A stretch of 64,000 nucleotides of DNA from positions 3,855 through 67,854 of the forward strand of contig CAZKFF010000002.1 in the NCBI GenBank assembly GCA_964552045.1, written 5' to 3'. Each line of letters begins with the position of its first letter. Position 1 is the first letter of the stretch. Origin of the DNA: an uncultured Candidatus Saccharibacteria bacterium. Lineage in GTDB: Bacteria > Patescibacteriota > Minisyncoccia > Phycocordibacterales > UBA918. The position numbers and the translations under genes are program-made. The notes under the pieces were generated by a model. It was not told where the DNA came from and searched no databases. It worked only from the letters and a program-made list of their open reading frames with translations. Positions 38,497 through 48,909 of the stretch are shown here, piece by piece.

Positions 38497-38934
38497 ATGT
38501 ACCTTAACAAAGCAATGATCTACGGGAATCTCACACGAGACCCGGAAATGAAGTCGCTCCCAAGCGGAATGCAGGTAACGTCATTCTCTATAGCAACCAA
38601 CCGTGTCTATAATGACCGGGACGGGAAGCGTCAGGAGCAGGTTGAATACCACAATATCGTCGTCTTTGGCCGACAGGCAGAGACGAGCGCACAGTACCTC
38701 AAAAAGGGTAGCGCTGCGTACGTTGAAGGACGACTGCAGACGCGGAGCTGGGATAAGGATGGAGTGAAGCAGTACCGGACCGAGATCGTTGCTGACCGGG
38801 TACAATTTGGACCGCGGAACGAGGGAGGAGGAAACTATCAGGCCGCAAACAGCGCTCCTGCACAGCAGGATAACGCTCCGGTAATGCCTGATTATCCAAA
38901 TGAGGAGATCAATCCCGAGGACATACCTTTCTAA
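38497..38934 (+). CDS. ssb: Single-stranded DNA-binding protein
   Basis: OB-fold core, Gly/Gln-rich tail and acidic C-terminus ending DIPF. Confidence 0.9.
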   Translation: MYLNKAMIYGNLTRDPEMKSLPSGMQVTSFSIATNRVYNDRDGKRQEQVEYHNIVVFGRQAETSAQYLKKGSAAYVEGRLQTRSWDKDGVKQYRTEIVADRVQFGPRNEGGGNYQAANSAPAQQDNAPVMPDYPNEEINPEDIPF

Positions 38935-38953
38935 CTAATTTGCTTAAAAGAAT

Positions 38954-39151
38954 ATGGACGAGAAAAACACAAAGATCGAGTCAATGCACATTGACTACAA
39001 GGACATCACCCGCCTGAAGGCGCAGGTGAATCCGCATGCGCGCATGCACAGCCGCCGCCGAACCGGCTTCACGGCAAAAGGCCAGCGCGATTTTGCGCGG
39101 GCGACCAAGCGGGCGCGATTCATGGCGCTTATGCCGTTTGTTTCCCACTAG
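38954..39151 (+). CDS. rpsR: 30S ribosomal protein S18
   Basis: 65 aa; DYKDITRLKAQVNPHARMHSRRRTG motif. Confidence 0.9.
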   Translation: MDEKNTKIESMHIDYKDITRLKAQVNPHARMHSRRRTGFTAKGQRDFARATKRARFMALMPFVSH

Positions 39152-39175
39152 GAAGATAACGAGCTGCAGCAACAT

Positions 39176-39214
39176 ACAAAAAAGCCCGGCGCCAAAGGCG
39201 CCGGGCTTTTTTGT
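39176..39214. terminator. Bidirectional terminator (inverse copy of the 13722 element)
   Basis: aaaaagcccggcgcc aaag gcgccgggctttttt between convergent rpsR and efp. Confidence 0.8.
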
Positions 39215-39222
39215 AAAATATC

Positions 39223-39798
39223 TTATGCCTTTTCGATACGTTCCGTATACAACCTGCTCTCAGTATTGATGCTCACGATGTCTCCCTCGTTGATGAACAT
39301 CGGCACCTGCACAGTCGCTCCCGTTTCGAGCACCACCTCTTTTGTTGCGCCTGAAGAGGTATTGCCCTTTACCGCAGGGGCAGCTTCCTTCACTTTGAGC
39401 TCAACTTTCACCGGTACGGAGATGCTCATGATGGCGTCGTCGAAGACAAGCGCCTCGACAACAGAGTTTTCCTTCATGAACTCAGCGCCGTCCCCGACAA
39501 TGTCCTGCGGGAAGCTGAAGCGTTCGCGCGGGTTATCCGGCGGGCAGAAGAAATATTCTCCGCGGTTCTCATAGAGGAACTTCACATCGCGCTTCTCGAT
39601 GGTCGCTTCCTCGAGCACGTCCGCCTGGTGGAAGGTGCGGTCAACCACGCCGCCGGTGCGCAAATTCTTCATTTTGACGTTGTTGCTGGCCTTCTGGCGG
39701 TCCTTTTTTGCTATGTACGACGACAATACAAGGTACGGGTCGTCATCCATGATCACAGTCCTTTTCGGTAAGATTTCGTTGTATTGCAGTTTTGCCAT
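39223..39798 (-). CDS. efp: Elongation factor P
   Basis: 191 aa; three-domain EF-P with GDxxGxG KOW-like N-terminus; loop tip reads KKDRQ instead of KPGKG. Confidence 0.9.
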   Translation of the reverse strand: MAKLQYNEILPKRTVIMDDDPYLVLSSYIAKKDRQKASNNVKMKNLRTGGVVDRTFHQADVLEEATIEKRDVKFLYENRGEYFFCPPDNPRERFSFPQDIVGDGAEFMKENSVVEALVFDDAIMSISVPVKVELKVKEAAPAVKGNTSSGATKEVVLETGATVQVPMFINEGDIVSINTESRLYTERIEKA

Positions 39799-39852
39799 AA
39801 CTTTTATAGGTTGTTTTTGGTGTTATTATAAAGCACAAGGATACTACCATAT

Positions 39853-40446
39853 ATGCTTGGACTCTCAAGTACTGACAACGCAGGAGAGCTTTCCGATGAG
39901 GAAGTGTTAGAACGGTCCCAAAAAGAGCCGTGGCTGTTTGCGGCGCTCCTTGATCGGTACCAGGATGCATTCATGCGCAAAGCGCGCTCCATCGTCCGAA
40001 ACGAGCAGGATGCCGAAGAGGTGGTGCAGGATGCGTTCACCAAAATATACGTGCATGCGGGAAGGTTCGAGGTACGTGAGGGCGCGAAGTTCAGTTCGTG
40101 GGCGTACCGCATTCTCATGAATACCGCGTTCACCCGGTATCAGAAACGGGTCAAAGAAGGACAGCGGTTCGTCAGCATCGACCCTGAATTCGAGCAGTTC
40201 ATCGGAGAAAAGGCGGCGCACACTGGTTTTGAGGAAAGACGCGACGCTATCGAGCGCATCCTTGCAAAATTGCCCGGCCACTTCGTCTATGTGCTCCGTC
40301 TTCACTATCTTGAGCACTGGTCGCATGCGGATATTGCGGGGGAGACAGGAGAGAGCGTCGGCACTATAAAAGCGCGGATCCACCGTGCAAAGGCAGCCTT
40401 CCGCAAGGAAAGCGAAGGCGAGGTGGAGATCCTGCTCCAGGATTAA
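39853..40446 (+). CDS. ECF-type RNA polymerase sigma factor (sigma-70 family)
   Basis: Region 2 (EEVVQDAFTKIY, SWAYRILMN) and region 4 HTH (HADIAGETGESVGTIKARIHRA). Confidence 0.85.
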   Translation: MLGLSSTDNAGELSDEEVLERSQKEPWLFAALLDRYQDAFMRKARSIVRNEQDAEEVVQDAFTKIYVHAGRFEVREGAKFSSWAYRILMNTAFTRYQKRVKEGQRFVSIDPEFEQFIGEKAAHTGFEERRDAIERILAKLPGHFVYVLRLHYLEHWSHADIAGETGESVGTIKARIHRAKAAFRKESEGEVEILLQD

Positions 40447-40501
40447 GGATGCGATGTAGCGCAACTTTTTGCGCACGGGTGCAGTTACCAAGGATGAATC
40501 T

Positions 40502-40828
40502 ATGACACAACATATATCATCATTACAAAAGAAGATCATGCGCCGGGTGTATTACGCGTTCGCGCTGCGCATCGCATCGCATCCGGTTGTCGTGCACGGA
40601 ACACTGCTGTGTGCGAGCGTTTTTGTGCTCTCGCGGCTGGTCAATGTGGCAAGTATCCTCAACAATATCAGCAATCTGCGGGTAGGGGACCTCGACAATT
40701 ATCTGTTCAACACATTCATGCACACCGAATTCTGGACGCTCGCAACCTTCGGTCTCATCCTGTTCTCGCTCCTCTCATTGCCGCTCAGTCTCAAAGCGCC
40801 GAACGTGCATAAGGTGCAGACAGCATAA
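40502..40828 (+). CDS. Putative anti-sigma factor or small membrane protein cognate to the ECF sigma
   Basis: Inferred from position and topology (cytoplasmic N-terminus, two TM helices); start at ATG 40502. Confidence 0.35.
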   Translation: MTQHISSLQKKIMRRVYYAFALRIASHPVVVHGTLLCASVFVLSRLVNVASILNNISNLRVGDLDNYLFNTFMHTEFWTLATFGLILFSLLSLPLSLKAPNVHKVQTA

Positions 40829-40840
40829 AAAGAGATACAC

Positions 40841-40869
40841 AAAAAGCGGGGCAGCCCCCCGCTTTTTTG
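40841..40869. terminator. Bidirectional intrinsic terminator
   Basis: aaaaagcgggg cagc cccccgctttttt. Confidence 0.8.
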
Positions 40870-40870
40870 A

Positions 40871-41941
40871 TCACCCTTTCGCTTCTTCTTTCATTGCCGC
40901 GCGTATGTGCTTGAGTATTTCATTGAGCAGCTTCTTGTCTTCCTTCAGCGTTGTCCGTGCAGCGTCATAGCCGCGTCCGAGCTTCACGGTTGCAGACTCG
41001 TCCGCTCCCGGGGGAGTGTAGCTGTATGCACTTCCTGATTTCGCAATGAGCTTGTATTTCTCTCCGAGCGCGAGTATCTCTCCTTCAACCGAGATGCCTT
41101 CACCATAGATAAGGTCGAATTCCGTGGTGCGGAACGGTGCAGCCACCTTGTTCTTCACGACTTTGACCCGGTGCCGTCCCCCGACGACCTCGTCTCCTTT
41201 CTTTATCTGGGCGATACGGCGGATATCGAGCCGGACCGATGTGTAGAATTTGAGCGCCTTTCCGCCGGGAGTGGTCTCCGGATTGCCGAACATGACGCCG
41301 ATCTGCATGCGGATCTGATTGATGAAAATGACGATCGTGTGCGACTTGGCGACAATGGCGGTGAGCTTGCGGAGCGCCTGGCTCATGAGTCTGGCCTGCT
41401 TGCCCACATGATGGGCGCCCATTTCGCCCTCTATCTCGTCTTTTGGCGTGAGCGCCGCCACAGAGTCGATAACGACGACGCTGATCTTTCCAGAACGGAC
41501 GAGTGACTCAACGATCTCAAGCGCCTGCTCGCCATTATCCGGCTGGGAGATCAGAAGCTCATCGAGCTTCACGCCGATATTCTTCGCATACTCAGGATCA
41601 AGCGCATGTTCCGCGTCGATAAACGCGCAGATACCGCCTTTCTTCTGTGCTTCGGCGATCACATGAAGCGAGAGAGTGGTCTTGCCTGAGGATTCAGGGC
41701 CGTATATCTCAATAATGCGTCCCTGCGGCATGCCGCCGACGCCTAATGCGTCATCAAGGCCGAGCGATCCGGTTGAGATGGAATCGACATTGACCTTCGT
41801 CGTCTCATCAAGCGTCATGATCGCCTCGTCGCCGAACTTGGTCTTGAGGCTTCGCAGTGTCTCGGCGAGGTCTGACGCTCCCGAATCCTGTTCCTCAGAT
41901 TTCGGCGCTGCTGTCTTCTGTGCGGTTTTTTTCGTTGCCAT
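40871..41941 (-). CDS. recA: Recombinase RecA
   Basis: Walker [11 protein letters not shown]1/L2 loop motifs; 356 aa. Confidence 0.97.
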   Translation of the reverse strand: MATKKTAQKTAAPKSEEQDSGASDLAETLRSLKTKFGDEAIMTLDETTKVNVDSISTGSLGLDDALGVGGMPQGRIIEIYGPESSGKTTLSLHVIAEAQKKGGICAFIDAEHALDPEYAKNIGVKLDELLISQPDNGEQALEIVESLVRSGKISVVVIDSVAALTPKDEIEGEMGAHHVGKQARLMSQALRKLTAIVAKSHTIVIFINQIRMQIGVMFGNPETTPGGKALKFYTSVRLDIRRIAQIKKGDEVVGGRHRVKVVKNKVAAPFRTTEFDLIYGEGISVEGEILALGEKYKLIAKSGSAYSYTPPGADESATVKLGRGYDAARTTLKEDKKLLNEILKHIRAAMKEEAKG

Positions 41942-41947
41942 ATCTTG

Positions 41948-42349
41948 CTATTGGTTAATTACTACATTATCGCTCTGTTGATCCTCCGAAAGAACGTATG
42001 TCTGCGTATGGTTGCTCACGCGGCCATAGCGGTCCTCAGCCCGCAGGGTAGCTACAGTATACCCGTTCTCCAGCACCAGCGCTTCCTTGAAATTGCCGTG
42101 CTTGTCTGTGAAGATCGGCCGGCCATTGAGTGTTATGCGAACTATGTTCTTTGCTTGACCCTCCAGCGTCACCAGACGCTCCGAGGAGATGCTTTGCGTC
42201 TGCGTCACGAATATCTGCGGTCCGGCCAGCAGGAACCGTGCCTGAAAGAGCACATACACCAGAAATACAAGCGCACAGACGCACACAGCGCTATAGATAA
42301 GTACTGTCCTAAACGTAAGCGGTGAATAAGTGATGGGGGACATGATCAA
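41948..42349 (-). CDS. Membrane-anchored hypothetical protein
   Basis: N-terminal TM helix; 4-bp overlap with the ftsK stop. Confidence 0.5.
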   Translation of the reverse strand: MIMSPITYSPLTFRTVLIYSAVCVCALVFLVYVLFQARFLLAGPQIFVTQTQSISSERLVTLEGQAKNIVRITLNGRPIFTDKHGNFKEALVLENGYTVATLRAEDRYGRVSNHTQTYVLSEDQQSDNVVINQ

Positions 42350-44517
42350 AATTCTTTAGTGTCTTCGCCGTAGCCGTCATCCTTGCCGATGAGTATCTCG
42401 CGCGGCTTGGAACCTTCTCCCGCGCCGATGACGCCGCGCTCCTCGAGGATGTCGATCAGACGCGCTGCCCGCGAATATCCAACGCGCAGCTTGCGCTGCA
42501 GATAGGATGTGGAGGCTTTATTCGCTTCAATGACGGCCTGTTTCGCTTCTTCATAGAGATCATCCTCCTCGTCATCATCCACCATCGATCCGAAGAACGC
42601 GTCAGCATTGCCGTCCTTAGGATCACCGTCGAGGTTGATGGAATCAAGCTCTTGTGCGCTCGACTGTTGCTTGAGGTAGGTGACCACATTCTTGAGCTCA
42701 TCCTCGGAGATAAACGCGCTCTGCAGACGTATCGGTTTAGAAAGCTCACCCGAGAGGAAGAGCATGTCTCCCTGGCCGAGGAGCTTCTCGGCCCCCACCT
42801 GGTCGAGAATGGTGCGTGAATCGATCTGCGAGGCCACCTGCAGGGCGATTCGGCTCGGCACGTTCGCCTTGATAAGACCGGTGATGACGTTCACGCTTGG
42901 CCTCTGTGTGGCGATGATGAGGTGGATGCCGACCGCACGGCTCATCTGGGCCAGACGGACAATGCATGCCTCAAGCTCCCGCGGGTATGCCTGCATGAGG
43001 TCGGAGAGCTCATCCATGACAATGACGATGTACGGCATTGGTTCCGGCAGGCCGTCCTTCTCTTCCTCAGGCGAACCCTTCCTCAGGAAGGATTCCTTCG
43101 CCGGCTTGTAGACATTGTCGTGGTACGAGCCGATATCGCGCACTTTTTCGGACTGGAGGATATCATACCGCCGTTCCATCTCCTTGATGGCCCATTTCAG
43201 CGACAGGATTGCCTTCTTCGCGTCGGTGATAACTGGCGTCAAGAGATGAGGAATGTCGTTGTACAGGGTAAGCTCCACGCGCTTCGGGTCCACCATGATG
43301 AACCGCAGCTGTTCAGGGGAATTGCGGAAGAGAAGCGAGGTGACGATCGCGTGGATCGTGACGGACTTACCCGAGCCGGTGGTACCGGCAATCAGTCCGT
43401 GCGGCATCTTTGCGACGTTTGCAAACTGCACCCTGCCGGTGATATCGCGTCCGAGTGCGACCAGAAGCGGCTTCGGCGAGTCGGTGTATTCCGGCGAGGT
43501 AAGCAAGGACGCAAGTCCGACCATCGCTTTCTGCTGGTTCGGCACTTCAATACCGACGAGTGACTTGCCCGGGATCGGCGCCTCGATACGGATAGGGGAG
43601 GCAGCGAGAGCGAGCTCAAGGTTGTTCTGGAGGCCGACGATCTTCGAGATGCGTACGCCCTCGGCAGGCTTCAGCGCGTAGCGCGTGACCGACGGCCCGA
43701 TAGAGACCTCATCCATCTCCACATCAATGCCGAAGTTCTTCAGAGTACGCTTGATGATGTTTGCATTTGCTTTGATGTCGCCTACCTTCGCCTTGCCTTT
43801 ATCCTTCTGCAGCAGTGACAGCGGCGGAGGAGCGTAGGTGCCGACGAAGTTCGACACGGCGAAGTCGCCTTCTTTGGAGCGGCCGAGCTTTCCGATGATC
43901 TTCGGACGCTTCTGTTTCGTCTCTTCCTCCGGCTCATCTTCTTCATCTTCTTCTGCTCCTTCATTGGGTTCTGCTAACAGCTCCTGCGGCATTTCAATGT
44001 TTCTGATGTCTTCGTCGTCCTCCTGAGGTTTTTCCTTACGCCGTACGAACAGCAAACCGGTGTTGAATGTGAGGAAGAGTCCTATAAGAAGCAGTGCTCC
44101 AATAATGAAGCCTGCCGCGAGCGAACCGGCAAGGTAGGTAAGCGGCACCTGGAGCGCTGCGCCGGTGATACCCCCGTAGCCCTTTTCGTAGAGCGAGAGG
44201 AATGCAAGCGAAGAGAGGAACAGAAAAGCGATCCCGATGATCTTGGACGTACTCACGTGCTCATTCTCCTTGGGGTTGAGCATGGCATATACGTAGAATG
44301 CGCAGACAAACGGCGAGAGATAGGCTCCGGTTCCGAAGAGGAATGCAAGCGCCGTATTGGTCCATTGCCCGACCATGCCTGCATAGTTGAACAATGAAAG
44401 GGCAAGGAAAATGCCCAGTACGACAAAGCCGACTGCGCCTATTGCCTGTTTGGTCTGGGGTGAAAGATCGTCAAAAAAACTGTGCTTGGGTTTCTGTTTG
44501 CTCGCGCGTTTAGGCAT
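42346..44517 (-). CDS. ftsK: DNA translocase FtsK/SpoIIIE
   Basis: N-terminal TM helices, acidic linker, motor domain with Walker A GTTGSGKS, and C-terminal gamma winged-helix domain. Confidence 0.95.
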   Translation of the reverse strand: MPKRASKQKPKHSFFDDLSPQTKQAIGAVGFVVLGIFLALSLFNYAGMVGQWTNTALAFLFGTGAYLSPFVCAFYVYAMLNPKENEHVSTSKIIGIAFLFLSSLAFLSLYEKGYGGITGAALQVPLTYLAGSLAAGFIIGALLLIGLFLTFNTGLLFVRRKEKPQEDDEDIRNIEMPQELLAEPNEGAEEDEEDEPEEETKQKRPKIIGKLGRSKEGDFAVSNFVGTYAPPPLSLLQKDKGKAKVGDIKANANIIKRTLKNFGIDVEMDEVSIGPSVTRYALKPAEGVRISKIVGLQNNLELALAASPIRIEAPIPGKSLVGIEVPNQQKAMVGLASLLTSPEYTDSPKPLLVALGRDITGRVQFANVAKMPHGLIAGTTGSGKSVTIHAIVTSLLFRNSPEQLRFIMVDPKRVELTLYNDIPHLLTPVITDAKKAILSLKWAIKEMERRYDILQSEKVRDIGSYHDNVYKPAKESFLRKGSPEEEKDGLPEPMPYIVIVMDELSDLMQAYPRELEACIVRLAQMSRAVGIHLIIATQRPSVNVITGLIKANVPSRIALQVASQIDSRTILDQVGAEKLLGQGDMLFLSGELSKPIRLQSAFISEDELKNVVTYLKQQSSAQELDSINLDGDPKDGNADAFFGSMVDDDEEDDLYEEAKQAVIEANKASTSYLQRKLRVGYSRAARLIDILEERGVIGAGEGSKPREILIGKDDGYGEDTKEF

Positions 44518-44684
44518 ATGAATACGTTAAATACTCCAACATCATACCATGCTCCATTTCTGCAAATTACGGCCCAAAATAAAGACACATCCGTTCCTAA
44601 AGGACTTGCGCGCTGCCGCAAAAAGTATATAGTACATATCAGACTGTCCTAGAAAAATATTTATATGGTGTTAAGGACATACTA

Positions 44685-45407
44685 ATGAACAACAAAGACA
44701 ACTCAATAAACGACAGTAATTTCTCAAAGCTGCTCAATAATGACAATTACTACAGGCATATTTTTAAAAAGACAGAAAAAATAGTATCTGTTGTCTTTTA
44801 CATACTCAACAATACCGACATTGAGAAAAAGTCAGAGACACTTATCAGCAATGTTGCAAGCAAGGCGCACTTCGCCCATGAGAACGCATTGCGTACGTTA
44901 GAGGTGAAACTCGTGTCTTCGAAAGAGGTGCTTGAGCAGTTTGCGCAGTCGCTCGTGGGCCTCGACAGCGCGTTGCGTGTTGCCGCCTCAGGCAATGCCA
45001 TCCCGCAGGAAGTGCTGCCGGTTGTGGTCAACGAGATCGACACCGTGCTCCGTGGTCTGCGAACCTACCTCCAGCAGAGTCCGAGAACGGACGATCTTTT
45101 CCTCAATCAGGGATACCCGAGCGCATTCAGTACTGAGTTTGTCCCGGCTGCGCCGAAGAAGGAGCGCACGCGCACAGCGCCACAGCAGACTCCTGCAGCG
45201 AACACAGGTGTATCCACAGCAAGCGACCGACGCGAGCGGATCAAGACGATCCTCGAAGCGAAGGGTGAGGCAACCATAAAAGACATTTCGGAAATAATCA
45301 CGGACTGTAGTGAAAAGACAATACAGCGTGAACTCAACGCCATGATCGATGAAAATCTTGTTAAAAGACAAGGCGAGCGACGATGGTCCAAATACTCAGT
45401 ATTTTAA
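44685..45407 (+). CDS. Hypothetical protein with C-terminal winged-helix/HTH DNA-binding domain
   Basis: C-terminal ATIKDISEIITDCSEKTIQRELNAMIDENLVKRQG; AT-rich codon usage that differs from neighbouring genes. Confidence 0.5.
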   Translation: MNNKDNSINDSNFSKLLNNDNYYRHIFKKTEKIVSVVFYILNNTDIEKKSETLISNVASKAHFAHENALRTLEVKLVSSKEVLEQFAQSLVGLDSALRVAASGNAIPQEVLPVVVNEIDTVLRGLRTYLQQSPRTDDLFLNQGYPSAFSTEFVPAAPKKERTRTAPQQTPAANTGVSTASDRRERIKTILEAKGEATIKDISEIITDCSEKTIQRELNAMIDENLVKRQGERRWSKYSVF

Positions 45408-46116
45408 ATAACTATATTGCAACTCCATCCACGTGCAGTTTGATTCAGACATATGTCTGTGAGAATGTGTCCTTTGTAATCTTTAGAGACGTACCTTCTA
45501 TAAGGGACATACTGGCATACTGTATCAGACAATGACATGGCTTGCCGCGTATTTGCAGCATCGGCATTTTTATTGTCTGGTGTTCTGCTGAGTAAGAAAT
45601 ATGGTGGCCTGTCGTCATAGATACCAGTAAGAGGGAGACGAATAGCATTGACTATTGTCGAGCTAGACCGTATGCTCCTTCGTTATAACGCGGTATATTT
45701 CCGTGCTTGAGCTATCCACAAAGATGTGCGCTCATGCACAACAAAGGACGGTATACTGTTGTTGTGTCACTCTCGGCACGCTTTTTTTTAAGCGAATGCT
45801 TGGGGTGGGATTGTTCATTGAAAATTGAATACGTACAAATTTCTACGACGCACATCGTTTCGATGGTGTGTGCTCATTGTGATGAATTAAATTTTCTGAA
45901 ACGCTTTATTCCTCTATGGTTGCAATACGAAAGACATGCAGACCGGATCCACAGCTAACCTTCATATATATGATGTTAAAGATCATGTGTATGGAGTTAG
46001 TGATATTGCGTACCCCCGGTTCTCGGGCGGTACGAAATATGAATTAATTCATATTATTAGATTAGAAGGTCCCGCTAAGGGGACAAAGAAGTAATTCTTT
46101 ATAAAGAAATTTATTT

Positions 46117-48081
46117 ATGACTATTGCAAATACATTTGCAGCAAAGGCATCAGTTGCTTTCGTTGCAGTGGCAATGGCTCTCATGATGGTTGCTCCTGCA
46201 CAGGCGCAAACAGCTGAAGAGCTTCAGGCACAAATAGATACGCTTATGGCGACTATCGCTTCACTCCAGGCTCAGGCAGGGGGTACAGCAACAGTTTCAG
46301 CTGATGCGTATGTATTTACACGATCACTTACGATCGGCTCACAGGGAGCTGACGTAACTGCTCTGCAGAACTACCTTATCGGCGCAGGCTTCTCTATCCC
46401 AGCTGGAGCAACTGGATACTTCGGTGCTCAGACTCAGGCTGCGGTAGCAGCATGGCAGACAGCTAACGGCGTTATGCCAGCAGCTGGATACTTCGGTCCT
46501 ATTTCACAGGCTAAGTACAATGCTCTCATGGCTGCAATGCCAGACACTGATGATGGTGATGCAGACTCAGATGAGGATGACTCAGACTCAGATGCAGATG
46601 TTGAGCTCTCAGGTGAGGCTTCACTCGACACTGTCGAGATCGACGAAGGTGATGACGATGAGATCGAAGAGGGTCAGGAGGCAGCTCCAGTTGCTGATAT
46701 CACTCTCGAGTTCTCAGATGGAGATGCAGAGGTTTCTCGAATCGACATCGCTCTCGAAAGTAAGGCTGGAAACGATGGAGACAATGATCCATGGGACGTA
46801 TTCGAAGAGGTTTCTCTTTGGGTAGACGGCGATGAGATCGCTTCAATCGAAGCTGATGACGAGGATAATTACCTCGACGAAGATAACGGTTCACTTCGAT
46901 TCTCAGATCTTGACTTCGTAGCTATGGAAGATGAGGAAGTTGTTGTCACTGTTGCGGTAACCCCACAGGGTTCAGTTGATGGTGCTGACGACGGAGAGAC
47001 ATGGCAGGTTGCTGTTGGTTCTATCCGATTTGTTGACGCAGATGATGTGACAACAACAGAGGACAACACAGGTGACCAGGCAGAACTCGATGGCGACTTG
47101 ACTGGTGAGACAGTTGCTGAGTTCGAAGTTGAGGAGGCTGGTGCTGGTGATGATCTTGATCTCAAGTCTTCATCAAATAACCCAGATGCAGACACTCTTC
47201 CTCTTGATGAGGACGACACTACTGAACACGAGGTATTTGCTTTCGAGCTTGATGCTGACGATTCAGACGGTGATGTAAGTCTTGAGGGTCTCACTATCGA
47301 TCTTGCACTCTCTTCAACTTCTCGTGCTCTTAACGAGGTAGTGAAGGATGTACGTGTCGAGATCGACGGTACTTCATTCAGTGCAGATGACTTCGATGGC
47401 GATGATGATACTGAAGCTGTCAACTTCGATATTGACGGTGATGCTGTCATCGCAGCTGGAGAAACTGCTGAAGTCGTGGTAGTTGTAGAGTTCGAAGACA
47501 TGGATGGCGATTCAGACCTCCAGGGCGTAACTCTTACAGCTTCTGTTGACACAGCAGATGTTGACGCTGAAGGTGAAGAATCTGGCGAAGGCGTAACCAT
47601 CGGTGGTTCTGACCAGGATGGTGATGCTCAGACACTTCGATCTGAAGGTCTCGTACTTGAGATCTCTGATGAGCCCGAAGCAACAGAGAAGTCTAAGACT
47701 GTCAGCGACACAAGCCTTGACTACGGTCAATACGTATTCGAGTTTGACGTCACTGCCTTTGGTGAGGACTTCTATGTGGATGAAGCCGCAACGACTATAG
47801 ACTTTGATCTTCTCGTTGATGGTGCAGCATCTACAACTGGTTACACAGCAAATCTCGATATCGCTGATGCTGATGATGCAGGTACTTCAGACTTCGTGAT
47901 CGAAGAGGGTACAACTGCAACATTCACGCTCACAATTGAGACAAACACAGGTCACTCTGGTTCAGCAGAAGTAATCGTCAACTCTCTTGCATACTCTGCA
48001 GCAGACGACGGTACTGAGGAACTTACAGTGGCTGCAACTCCAGATGATGACTGGACTTCAGACGCTCTCATCCTTAACTAA
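46117..48081 (+). CDS. Secreted highly acidic protein with N-terminal peptidoglycan-binding domain
   Basis: Signal peptide; PG_binding_1-like segment (GADVTALQNYLIGAGF...AQTQAAVAAWQ); ~500 aa of Asp/Glu-rich low-complexity repeats; A/T-biased third codon positions. Confidence 0.7.
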   Translation: MTIANTFAAKASVAFVAVAMALMMVAPAQAQTAEELQAQIDTLMATIASLQAQAGGTATVSADAYVFTRSLTIGSQGADVTALQNYLIGAGFSIPAGATGYFGAQTQAAVAAWQTANGVMPAAGYFGPISQAKYNALMAAMPDTDDGDADSDEDDSDSDADVELSGEASLDTVEIDEGDDDEIEEGQEAAPVADITLEFSDGDAEVSRIDIALESKAGNDGDNDPWDVFEEVSLWVDGDEIASIEADDEDNYLDEDNGSLRFSDLDFVAMEDEEVVVTVAVTPQGSVDGADDGETWQVAVGSIRFVDADDVTTTEDNTGDQAELDGDLTGETVAEFEVEEAGAGDDLDLKSSSNNPDADTLPLDEDDTTEHEVFAFELDADDSDGDVSLEGLTIDLALSSTSRALNEVVKDVRVEIDGTSFSADDFDGDDDTEAVNFDIDGDAVIAAGETAEVVVVVEFEDMDGDSDLQGVTLTASVDTADVDAEGEESGEGVTIGGSDQDGDAQTLRSEGLVLEISDEPEATEKSKTVSDTSLDYGQYVFEFDVTAFGEDFYVDEAATTIDFDLLVDGAASTTGYTANLDIADADDAGTSDFVIEEGTTATFTLTIETNTGHSGSAEVIVNSLAYSAADDGTEELTVAATPDDDWTSDALILN

Positions 48082-48130
48082 TCTTAGTTAGAGTGAGTAG
48101 ACTGGATCTAGCCTAAAACTGGATACAACA

Positions 48131-48158
48131 AAAAATCCCCTCACGGGGATTTTTTGTT
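48131..48158 (+). terminator. Intrinsic terminator
   Basis: aaaaatcccc tcac ggggatttttt. Confidence 0.75.
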
Positions 48159-48196
48159 GTACGGGTGTAGGGTACGTATTATCGTTCAACAAACAC

Positions 48197-48232
48197 AAAA
48201 AGCCCGACGGCGTAGCCGTCGGGCTTTGTGTG
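48197..48232 (+). terminator. Second intrinsic terminator
   Basis: aaaaagcccgacggc gtag ccgtcgggcttt followed by a T-rich run. Confidence 0.7.
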
Positions 48233-48415
48233 TTTGTGCCACGTTGTTCAGTACTTTTTCATGTGCAGACGGCGTCATCTGCTATACTGGACGCATACGG
48301 TTATGAAACTGTTCAATAAGAATTTTTATAAGTTTCTTTTCAGTTTTGTTGCGGTCATCGCAACAACGCTCGTGCTTGTTCTTCTGGTGGGCATTAGCAC
48401 GCACTAGTCTCGTCT

Positions 48416-48898
48416 ATGATACGTGTCACCGACCAGTATTTCTGGAACATTGTTTTCCTCCTTTTCTATATCGGCCTGCTTGTCATGGCGGTTATCATTC
48501 TCGATACGGAGGCGCGCATGGGGTACCCCGACCTGACGCTCCTGGATTTGTCGCTTATCACGCTGGCGTCCTTTCGCGTGACGCGCATGTTCGTCTACGA
48601 CAGCATGACCAAGTTCCTGCGCGAGCAGTTCTACGATGTGAAGATGGTCCGCAACAAAGTAATGCTCGTGAAGCCGACTGTGGGCCCGCGCCGCACGCTT
48701 GCCGACCTCATCGGCTGCCCGTGGTGCTTCGGCGTGTGGGCAACCACGTGCGTCGCGTTCTTCTACATGCTCACGCCGTACGCATATTTCCCTATACTCA
48801 TCCTTGCGCTCGCTGGTGTGGCGACATTTATACAATTGTTCGCCAACATGATCGGATGGAAGGCGGAGCAGCTCAAACGCGAAACAGAAGGCGAATAG
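48416..48898 (+). CDS. DUF1360-family membrane protein
   Basis: CPWCFGVW motif and four TM helices typical of DUF1360; its last ~130 nt (48739-48864) are duplicated at 52121-52246. Confidence 0.65.
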   Translation: MIRVTDQYFWNIVFLLFYIGLLVMAVIILDTEARMGYPDLTLLDLSLITLASFRVTRMFVYDSMTKFLREQFYDVKMVRNKVMLVKPTVGPRRTLADLIGCPWCFGVWATTCVAFFYMLTPYAYFPILILALAGVATFIQLFANMIGWKAEQLKRETEGE

Positions 48899-48909
48899 TT
48901 TTTTTACCT

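Noticed and set aside
48346-48909. N-terminal 188-codon extension of the nirK ORF (Arg/His/Pro-rich)
   Set aside because: It overlaps the DUF1360 gene in another frame and has antisense-like composition; the real start is ATG 48910, directly before the membrane domain
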